NCBI GenBank assembly: GCA_027062325.1
Contig: JAMOTN010000042.1
Coordinates: forward strand, 1 to 34,793
Source of the DNA: a bacterium
Lineage (GTDB): Bacteria > JAMOTN01
Reading direction: 5' to 3'
DNA: 34,793 nt
The translations under genes and the position numbers were made by a program. Positions 8,199 to 15,923 of this stretch are shown in pieces. Numbering within the stretch: the stretch's first letter is position 1; every line of letters begins with the position of its first letter. The notes below the pieces were generated by a model. It had not been told where the DNA came from. It saw only the letters and a program-made list of their open reading frames with translations, and made no database searches.

Positions 8199-9710
8199 CT
8201 AAAGATTTATCTTGTTATACAATGATGGATCTTTCGATTTTAAAAATTTTAGAAACTTTCTCTGTTCCTTCGTTGGTTTCATCTTTAGTATCTCTTCGTA
8301 ATCTGAGATGTATAATATCTCCTTAAGTTCTTCGTAATATTTCATTAGCAAATTAACGTTACTTTCATCTATTAGTAACCAAACAATTTCTTCCTTTATG
8401 GTTTTGTCATTTTGAAAGAGCCAAGCTTTAATAAGTTTTTTTAATGCTTCTTCACTATCTCCGGAAAGTCTTAAAGATTGCCCCCAAGAAAGAAAGAGGT
8501 ATGCATAAGTTTTATTGAGTTTTTCTTTTAGGTTGCTAGGAATTTTTTCTCCAACTTCCTGAAGTAAGATATAGGCAGAGTTGAAAGCTTCTTTGTCTAT
8601 AAGTTTTTTTACAGTTTTCAGTTTATTCTTGAGCCAGTTTTCGTAGTTTATACCCAGAACAAACATGAGTTTGTCTCTGATGCTTGGTTTGAAGATTAGT
8701 AAACTTGAACTTATACCAAGGATTAAGACAGTGGCCATTATTATTAATTTTCGAGTTAATGGTTTCTCTGAATTGCTCTGAGTTTGAAATTGAAACTGGT
8801 CGGATGTTATGAATTTACGCTTAGATTTTGTTTTTTGGGTTTGATTGGGAGAATGAATATTGTGAGGCTTTTGAGTTTTAACATTTTTAGAAGATTTTTC
8901 TTGCTCTTTCTTAGAAGAGTTTTCATCTAGTGATCTTGATTTTATAGATGAAGTGGTTGCTAACTCTTTCAGTAGCTGCTTTATTTTAGGGTCTTTTTCT
9001 GCGATCATCACTTTCTCTGCAAACTTTGATATAGTGAATGATTTAAATTTTGATAGAGTTTTTAGAATGGCGAGCTTCCAACCTTTCTCTTTCTTACTGG
9101 CAAATAATCTAAATAACTGCTTGATTATATCGCTTTTTTTTCTGGATTTTGTGTGTTTTAAAAGAAATTCTGCAGCTGTTGTTACTACACGGTGATTTTG
9201 ATGCTCAAGAAGGGAGGAGACCTTTTCAATTACAAATTCCGGGATTTTTGCGCTTATGAGATCTAAAGCTTCTATGGTGTTTGCGACGACACGTGGATCT
9301 GAGTCCGATAGGAACGGTATTATTAGAGGGATTGCTTTATCTTGGAGTGCTACTGCTGCTGCTTTAACGGCGGAGGAAAGAATGAACTTATCGTTGCTTG
9401 ACAACAACTTCTTTATTCGATTTGCGTCTCCAACCTCTTTTCCTGCTATAACATTCTGAAGGTAATTTATATCTTCTTCACGTTTTTTACTTATGTCTTT
9501 AGGTTCACATGTTGCTTCAATCTTTTTTAATACTTGACGTGCTAAAATGGCAATGGAAGGGTTAGGAAAAGAGCAGAGTTTTACTACTTGATCTTTTAGC
9601 TCCAAAGTCGGATTGGCGAATAATTCTGTTAGTGCTATCTCTATGTCGCTTTCAAAAGGACTTTCTAAAAGTTTTTTTAAGCGGTTAATATTGGTTGCTT
9701 TGGTGTTAAT
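8199..9710 (-). CDS. Membrane-anchored HEAT-repeat protein (N-terminal HEAT repeats, low-complexity linker, one TM helix, C-terminal TPR-like helices)
   Basis: AIPLIIPFLSDSDPRVVANTIEAL and LLEHQNHRVVTTAAEFL repeats, a K/S/Q-rich linker and the TM segment LIIMATVLILGISSSLLIF. The track starts at TTG 9605, but the frame stays open and HEAT-like up to ATT 9710. Confidence 0.75.
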   Translation of the reverse strand: MNTKATNINRLKKLLESPFESDIEIALTELFANPTLELKDQVVKLCSFPNPSIAILARQVLKKIEATCEPKDISKKREEDINYLQNVIAGKEVGDANRIKKLLSSNDKFILSSAVKAAAVALQDKAIPLIIPFLSDSDPRVVANTIEALDLISAKIPEFVIEKVSSLLEHQNHRVVTTAAEFLLKHTKSRKKSDIIKQLFRLFASKKEKGWKLAILKTLSKFKSFTISKFAEKVMIAEKDPKIKQLLKELATTSSIKSRSLDENSSKKEQEKSSKNVKTQKPHNIHSPNQTQKTKSKRKFITSDQFQFQTQSNSEKPLTRKLIIMATVLILGISSSLLIFKPSIRDKLMFVLGINYENWLKNKLKTVKKLIDKEAFNSAYILLQEVGEKIPSNLKEKLNKTYAYLFLSWGQSLRLSGDSEEALKKLIKAWLFQNDKTIKEEIVWLLIDESNVNLLMKYYEELKEILYISDYEEILKMKPTKEQRKFLKFLKSKDPSLYNKINL

Positions 9711-9762
9711 TTTTTAACCACGCTCCTTACTGCAAATTGATCTATTTTGTATTAAAATTAAG

Positions 9763-9778
9763 ATTGTCAATTGACAAT
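9763..9778. promoter_or_regulatory. Perfect 16-bp palindrome in the divergent intergenic region (candidate operator)
   Basis: ATTGTCAATTGACAAT is its own reverse complement and lies between the divergent HEAT gene and fliP. Confidence 0.4.
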
Positions 9779-9861
9779 TTAATACCACTGATTGCTCCTA
9801 GCTGATATTATATTTTATCTCATTTTGATGCTGAAAGTCTTGGGAGTGGGATGAGGGATTT

Positions 9862-10533
9862 ATGGCAACGCAGGGGGTAGTTTTGAATTTAAACGTTGGA
9901 AATTTAGCAGAATCTTTGAGACTTCTAATAATACTAACTCTTATTGCTGTTTCTCCGCTACTTCTTGCAATGTTTACGTCTTTTACCAGAATAATAGTTG
10001 TACTCTCTTTTCTAAGAAGGGCTTTGGGATTGCAAACTACTCCTTCTAATCAGATACTGATAGCTCTGGCTCTAATTTTGACTTTTTATACAATGGCAGG
10101 TGTTATTGCAAAAATAAATTCGGATTGCATTGAAAAGTATTTAAAAGGAGAAAAAACTTTTCAACAAGCTTTGAAAGATTCTACATTTTACGTAAAAAAA
10201 TTCATGGTAAACAATGTGAGTAAAAAGAGTGTTTTATTCTTTTCAGAACTTGCAAATTTTGATTTGAGTAAGTTGAAAAAAATGGATGATATACCTTGGA
10301 TAATTTTGGCTCCGGCTTTTGTAGTGAGTGAATTAAAGATAGCTTTTCAAATAGGAATAATTATAATGCTACCTTTTTTGGTAATAGACCTTGTTGTTGC
10401 AAGTGTGATTATGGGAATGGGAATGATGATGTTGCCTCCTGCTATGATTTCACTTCCGTTCAAGGTATTGCTTTTTGTGATGATTGACGGATGGCATTTG
10501 GTCATTGGATCACTGGTTAGGAGTTTTTCCTAA
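9862..10533 (+). CDS. fliP: Flagellar type III export gate protein FliP
   Basis: TSFTRIIVVLSFLRRALG, PAFVVSELKIAFQIG and MGMMMLPPAMISLPFKVLLFVMIDGW. Confidence 0.96.
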   Translation: MATQGVVLNLNVGNLAESLRLLIILTLIAVSPLLLAMFTSFTRIIVVLSFLRRALGLQTTPSNQILIALALILTFYTMAGVIAKINSDCIEKYLKGEKTFQQALKDSTFYVKKFMVNNVSKKSVLFFSELANFDLSKLKKMDDIPWIILAPAFVVSELKIAFQIGIIIMLPFLVIDLVVASVIMGMGMMMLPPAMISLPFKVLLFVMIDGWHLVIGSLVRSFS

Positions 10534-10563
10534 GGAGTGAGAGGTTAAGGGGGAGCAAAAAAG

Positions 10564-10836
10564 ATGGAGGATGTGTTGGTATTAGAGTTGATAAGAAGTG
10601 CTTTTGAAGCAACACTTATACTGAGTTTACCGTTTCTTTTAACGAGTTTGGTGGTTGGTGTATTGGTTAACATATTTCAGGTTGTATTTTCTGTACAGGA
10701 GCAGACTTTAACTTTTGTTCCAAAGTTCATAGTTGTTGCTATAGTCTTGGCAGTTCTTGGGCCGTGGATGGTTAAGTTTATGACAAATTACACGCAAACT
10801 CTGGTATTGAATGTTAACTACTGGTTGGGTAAATGA
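10564..10836 (+). CDS. fliQ: Flagellar export protein FliQ
   Basis: 90 aa with VGVLVNIFQ..SVQEQTLTFVPK and GPWM; lies between fliP and fliR. Confidence 0.95.
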   Translation: MEDVLVLELIRSAFEATLILSLPFLLTSLVVGVLVNIFQVVFSVQEQTLTFVPKFIVVAIVLAVLGPWMVKFMTNYTQTLVLNVNYWLGK

Positions 10837-10889
10837 GCTATGAGAGAAGAGTATTGAAGGTTTAATAATACTGTTTTTAGGGGGGTAAT

Positions 10890-11741
10890 ATGGGGGGATT
10901 AGCATCACAAATAACAATTAATCCTAAAGCTGTTCTTGCATTTATGGCATACTTTGCGCGTGTTGTGGGCTTCGTGTTTGTAGCTCCGTTTTTTTCAGGA
11001 CAGCTGTTTACTCCTCGTATTAAAATGGCTTTTGCCCTAATGATAGCTTTTATGCTTTACAGTTTGGATGATGTATGGAAGCTTTTGTCAAGTTATGCTG
11101 GAAATAAAGTGTTTGAGCCTAATTTCAAGGTTATGAAAGGGATTGTCATGTCCCACGGTATTGTTAAGTATGTGGATGTGACGTGGTTCAATTTAGGAAG
11201 GGTCGCAATGGAGTTTGTGGTTGGTTGGTTATTTGGTGTGTTTGTAAGAATAATATTTGATGCCTTTATGATGGCAGGAGAGCTTGTTGATCAGCAGGTA
11301 GGGTTTGGGATGATGAACATAATAGATCCTCTTGCGCAGATGAATATTTCTATTCTTTCAAATATGTTTTACCTCTATGCCACGTTTATATGGGTTAGCG
11401 TTGGGAATGGTGTAGAGAAGATAATGAAGTACTTAATAATAAGTGTTGCTTTTTTTCCGCCTATGCATTTTCCTAATTCTCTTTTGAAGATACCAGAGAG
11501 TTTTTCCTTGGTATTACTTGGTGCTATTGAGTTGGCTTTGCCCTTTATTGCAATAATAATGCTTTTGAACTTAGTGTTTGCTTTTATGGCTAAAGAGATG
11601 CAAGGACTAAATCTATTCATGTTCAGTTTTCCGATTAAGCTGATCTTTGGCCTTTTGATGGTTTACTTCGGGGTGGAGTATTTATTTCACTTTGCAAATG
11701 GTTTTATAGATGGTTGGTTTGAGGTGTTGGGGGTAGAGTAG
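10890..11741 (+). CDS. fliR: Flagellar export protein FliR
   Basis: ARVVGFVFVAPFFS, AGELVDQQVGFGM..IIDP and LNLFMFSFPIKL; about six hydrophobic segments; conserved gene order. Confidence 0.92.
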   Translation: MGGLASQITINPKAVLAFMAYFARVVGFVFVAPFFSGQLFTPRIKMAFALMIAFMLYSLDDVWKLLSSYAGNKVFEPNFKVMKGIVMSHGIVKYVDVTWFNLGRVAMEFVVGWLFGVFVRIIFDAFMMAGELVDQQVGFGMMNIIDPLAQMNISILSNMFYLYATFIWVSVGNGVEKIMKYLIISVAFFPPMHFPNSLLKIPESFSLVLLGAIELALPFIAIIMLLNLVFAFMAKEMQGLNLFMFSFPIKLIFGLLMVYFGVEYLFHFANGFIDGWFEVLGVE

Positions 11742-12920
11742 GTGGTAGGTTTTGAAAGTGTTTTATTAAAGGTTTTTGGAAAGACTATTCAGAATTTTTG
11801 GTTAGGGGATTTTGGTTTACTTGTTCCACCAATATTTTTTGCATTTTTAGATGACAGTGCTGAAGAGAAGAAGTTTGAGGCTACAGAGAGGAAGAGAAGA
11901 CGTGTTAGAGAGAGTGGACAAGTTGCCCGTAGTATGGAATTAAATAACCTTGCTATTTTGGGTGTTGGATTTGCCTCTCTTTTTCTGTCTCTTCAATATG
12001 TTTACAAGGGTTTTAAAAGTTATGTTGAGAGTATATGGGGAGAGTTTGATTTTGATATTGTGAGTCTTGCAGAAAAAACGGCTGCATATTCATTTGGAGT
12101 TATAGTGCCTTTTCTGGTTTTGATGTTTGTTGTGGCATTGGCAGTCAATTTTGCCCAAGTTGGAATTTATTTTTCAGTCCAGCCTCTTACTCCAGATTTT
12201 AATAGGTTGAATCCCGTAAGCGGTTTAAGGAAAATTTTTAATAAAAGAACGATCGTCAATCTTTTGAAAACACTGATTAAATTTGTTATCTTTGCTTTGG
12301 TGCTTTACAAAGATGTTGTAAGTATGCTAGCTTTGATGTTTTCTCAACCATATGATGCCAGTATTCTCATTGGTATAGCGGTGGAGAATGTAATAAAGAT
12401 AACTGCCAAATTTCTTGTGATAATACTAATAATTGCCCTACTGGACTTTTTTTATGAGAGGTGGCAGTTTAACGAGGATATAAAGATGACTTTGCAGGAG
12501 TACAAGCAAGAGATTAAAGACACTGAAGGAAAACCAGAGGTAAAGCAGGAGATCAGGAACAGAATAAGGCAGATATTGTCCCAAAGTTCTAAAGAGAGAG
12601 TTGCACAAGCTGACATGGTTGTGACTAATCCTACTCACTTTGCAGTTGCTTTGCAGATAGTTGAAGATGTTTATGTGCCGGGAGAGGGGAAAAAGACTAC
12701 GATGTTGGTGGTTTACAAGGGGGCAGATGAAGCTGCTGCAAGGATAAGAGGATGGGCAGAAGAATTCGGGGTTGTTATGGTAAGAAGTCCTGCAGTGGCG
12801 CGCTACTTATTTTTTAATGTGCCTGTTGGGGAATTTGTGCCTTCAAGAATGCTTAGAGTTTTGTTTACCTTGTATTACAAGGCAATGGAGGCAAAGAAGG
12901 GGAAACAGCGTGCAGGCTAG
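11742..12920 (+). CDS. flhB: Flagellar export switch protein FlhB
   Basis: RESGQVARSMEL, RLNPVSGLRKIF, KMTLQEYKQEIKDTEGKP and the autocleavage motif VTNPTHFAVAL. Confidence 0.95.
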   Translation: MVGFESVLLKVFGKTIQNFWLGDFGLLVPPIFFAFLDDSAEEKKFEATERKRRRVRESGQVARSMELNNLAILGVGFASLFLSLQYVYKGFKSYVESIWGEFDFDIVSLAEKTAAYSFGVIVPFLVLMFVVALAVNFAQVGIYFSVQPLTPDFNRLNPVSGLRKIFNKRTIVNLLKTLIKFVIFALVLYKDVVSMLALMFSQPYDASILIGIAVENVIKITAKFLVIILIIALLDFFYERWQFNEDIKMTLQEYKQEIKDTEGKPEVKQEIRNRIRQILSQSSKERVAQADMVVTNPTHFAVALQIVEDVYVPGEGKKTTMLVVYKGADEAAARIRGWAEEFGVVMVRSPAVARYLFFNVPVGEFVPSRMLRVLFTLYYKAMEAKKGKQRAG

Positions 12921-12957
12921 TGAAGATTATTTGTTTGTGTGGGTTGGAGGGGTTTGA

Positions 12958-15126
12958 GTGCCTGAGGTAGAGGGCGTAGTTGAAACTGAAGAGAAGGAAA
13001 AGGAAGGTTTTGATTTTAATAAATTACTTGTTACCTTTCTACAAAAGGTCAAAAATACTCCTATGCAATTTTTGGTCTCCATTGGCTTTGTAATTTTGGT
13101 TGTCATGATAGTTGTTCCCTTGCCTGGATTTATGTTAGATATTTTGCTTGCGGTTAACATATCCTTCTCTGTTATGGTATTCATGACCACTATTTACATA
13201 AAGAAACCAACAGAATTTTCGATTTTTCCGTCAATGCTTTTGATAACGACCCTCTTTAGACTAGCTTTGAATGTTTCATCAACTCGTCTAATTCTATCTT
13301 TAGGGAAGGCTTTTAACTCACAAATTATAAAAGCATTTGGAAGCTTTGTTGTTAGAGGAGATTATGTAGTTGGATTTATCATATTCCTCGTCTTGATAAT
13401 TATTCAGCTGGTAGTTATAACTCGTGGTGCTACGAGAATTTCAGAAGTTGCGGCTCGTTTTGCATTGGATAAAATGCCTGTTGCAAATCTTGCAATCGAT
13501 AGTCAACTTCAGCAGGGACTTATTACTGAAGAACAGGCACGGGCAATGAGAAAAGAGTTAGAAAAGGAAATGGAGTTTTACGGAGCGATGGATGGAGCTT
13601 CGCGATTTGTCCAGGGAGATGCAATTGCAGGATTAATCATAACCATGATTGATATAATTGGTGGATTTATAATCGGCGTTGCTTTTAAAAAATACACCTT
13701 CGCAGAATCAGCTAAGACTTACATGCTTTTGACGGTTGGAGATGGATTAGTATCTCAGGTTCCAGCACTACTTATATCGATTGCTGCGGGTATAATTATC
13801 TCTCGAGGAAGGGCTGAGGAAAAGGCTCTTTCGCAGGAAGTTTTGGAAAATATTGCTTATGATGAGAAGGTCTTGTTTATCGCTTCAGGTTTTGCGGCTT
13901 CGTTTGCTTTAATTCCAGATTTTCCTAAAATACCATTCCTTTTGGTAGCTGGAATTTTAGCATTTGGAGCATGGCAGATGAGAAAGGCAAGGCTTGAGAG
14001 AGAAAAAGCGGAAGAATTGATGGCGAAACAACTTGAAGAGAAGAAAAGGAAGGAAGAACAGGCTAAAAAGGTAAAGATTGCTCCAACTACACCTAAAGAA
14101 GTTGTCAGCTTGGATTTAGTAGAGATAGATATAGGTTACAACTTGATTCCACTAGTGGCTAGGGAGCATGGTGGAGATCTGCCAGAGAGAATAAAGCTTT
14201 TGAGGAGGCAGTTAGCTGAAGAACTAGGATTTGTTATACCCCCTGTTCGTATAAGGGATAATCTCAATCTTCATCCAAACAAGTATGTGATAAAGATAAA
14301 GGGAGTAAAGGTTGTAGAAGGTTTGATTTTTCCGGATAGAATGCTTGCAATTCCTCAGATGCCAGTTGCAGAGATTGAGGGCATAGAAGATGAAGATCCA
14401 GTCAATGGAATAAAGGTTTACTGGATATCTCCGGAAGATGTAGATAAAGCAGAAGAGGCAGGGTATTTGGTTGTGGATCCAACAACTGTGTTTATAACGA
14501 GGTTAAGTGAGGTTTTGAGGAGAAAGGCTTATAAATTGCTGACACTTGAAGATGTTAAAGAGATTGTGGAGGCAGTGCGCGAAAGGTATCCAACTTTGGT
14601 TGGAGAAGTTGAGGCTGAGATTCCTTTAAAAGTTTTACATAAAGTTTTGGTTTACCTTTTGATGGAGCGTGTTTCTATAAAAAATGCTGCGTTAATATTT
14701 GAGGCGATACTAGATACTGTGGAAAAGGGAGATTTTGCCAAAATTCCAGAGGTTCTTGTAGAGTTTATAAGAATTTATCTTGGTCCTCAGATTGTTGATT
14801 CACTTGCCATAAACGGCGTTTTGTACTATACCCAATTGTCAATGCAGACTTACGACGAGCTGGAAAAGTACAAGACGCAAAATCAGTATGGATTGTTAGA
14901 ATATCAATTGCCGCCAGATATTGCTGAAAAGTTCTTGTCAAAGTTCAGCTTAAAGTACACGGATATGGTTTCAAAGTATGGAGTGTTTGTTTTGATAACG
15001 CGTGACTTTATGGTGAGACGTGCCATAAGAATGATGGTGGAGAATTACTATCCGGATGCGAATATCTTGTCTATACAGGAAATTGAGCAGGCTCACGTTG
15101 AGCTACAATTGGTGGATGAAATATAG
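12958..15126 (+). CDS. flhA: Flagellar export protein FlhA
   Basis: FPSMLLITTLFRLALNVSSTRLIL, RISEVAARF, FYGAMDGA, GDGLVSQVPALL and GFVIPPVRIRDN. Confidence 0.96.
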   Translation: MPEVEGVVETEEKEKEGFDFNKLLVTFLQKVKNTPMQFLVSIGFVILVVMIVVPLPGFMLDILLAVNISFSVMVFMTTIYIKKPTEFSIFPSMLLITTLFRLALNVSSTRLILSLGKAFNSQIIKAFGSFVVRGDYVVGFIIFLVLIIIQLVVITRGATRISEVAARFALDKMPVANLAIDSQLQQGLITEEQARAMRKELEKEMEFYGAMDGASRFVQGDAIAGLIITMIDIIGGFIIGVAFKKYTFAESAKTYMLLTVGDGLVSQVPALLISIAAGIIISRGRAEEKALSQEVLENIAYDEKVLFIASGFAASFALIPDFPKIPFLLVAGILAFGAWQMRKARLEREKAEELMAKQLEEKKRKEEQAKKVKIAPTTPKEVVSLDLVEIDIGYNLIPLVAREHGGDLPERIKLLRRQLAEELGFVIPPVRIRDNLNLHPNKYVIKIKGVKVVEGLIFPDRMLAIPQMPVAEIEGIEDEDPVNGIKVYWISPEDVDKAEEAGYLVVDPTTVFITRLSEVLRRKAYKLLTLEDVKEIVEAVRERYPTLVGEVEAEIPLKVLHKVLVYLLMERVSIKNAALIFEAILDTVEKGDFAKIPEVLVEFIRIYLGPQIVDSLAINGVLYYTQLSMQTYDELEKYKTQNQYGLLEYQLPPDIAEKFLSKFSLKYTDMVSKYGVFVLITRDFMVRRAIRMMVENYYPDANILSIQEIEQAHVELQLVDEI

Positions 15127-15155
15127 AAAATTAAAGGTGGAATGGGGGGAGCTTG

Positions 15156-15923
15156 ATGTTAATTGCTGTTACTAGTGGCAAAGGAGGCGTTGGAAAGACT
15201 CATTTTTCTGTGAATATGTCGCTACTTTTATCAAAGCGCTTTGAAACGGTGTTGGTTGATGCAGATACGGGGCTTGGAAACGTTGATTTGGTTTTAGGAA
15301 AGAAATTTGAAGTGAATTTGATAGATGTATTTGTTTCGGATTTGCCCTTGAAAAAGTTGTTGCCCCAATATGAAGATCTGTGGGTAGTGCCTGCTCCTTC
15401 TGGCGTAGTTGAATTAGCAGATTTAAGTAATAGGGAAAAGAGAGTTTTAGAAACATTTTTAAATGGCCTTGATAGTGAGTTTGATGTAGTTGTTTTGGAT
15501 ACGGCAGCTGGTATTCACAGTGCAGTTCGTTTTTTCTTGGAAAAAGCGGATAAAATAGTGCTGGTAGTTGTTCCTGATCCTGCTAGTCTTAATGATGCGA
15601 TGGGGCTTATAATGAGTAGTAGTGCATCGGAATTTTATCTTGTAGTTAACAGGTGTTTATCTCACAAAGAGGCGAAGATGGTTCATAATTTGCTCATTGA
15701 TTGGGTCAAATATACGGATAAGGTGGTGCACTTCTTAGGATGGTTACCTGAGGATCCAAAGCTTAGAGAGGCTGTTTTTTCAAGAAAGCCGGTGGTGGAG
15801 TATGCACCTGATAGTAGATTTTCCTCGTTGCTTTCAAATATAGTTTCTAAATTGGTTAATCTTAAGGGGGATGGGGATGAAAGAGGTGTTGAGAAATTAT
15901 CGGATGTCCTTTATAAAGGCTAG
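15156..15923 (+). CDS. flhG: MinD/ParA-family ATPase, FlhG/FleN-like
   Basis: Deviant Walker A SGKGGVGKT, VDADTGLGNVD and LDTAAGI; sits between flhA and flhF. Confidence 0.85.
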   Translation: MLIAVTSGKGGVGKTHFSVNMSLLLSKRFETVLVDADTGLGNVDLVLGKKFEVNLIDVFVSDLPLKKLLPQYEDLWVVPAPSGVVELADLSNREKRVLETFLNGLDSEFDVVVLDTAAGIHSAVRFFLEKADKIVLVVVPDPASLNDAMGLIMSSSASEFYLVVNRCLSHKEAKMVHNLLIDWVKYTDKVVHFLGWLPEDPKLREAVFSRKPVVEYAPDSRFSSLLSNIVSKLVNLKGDGDERGVEKLSDVLYKG

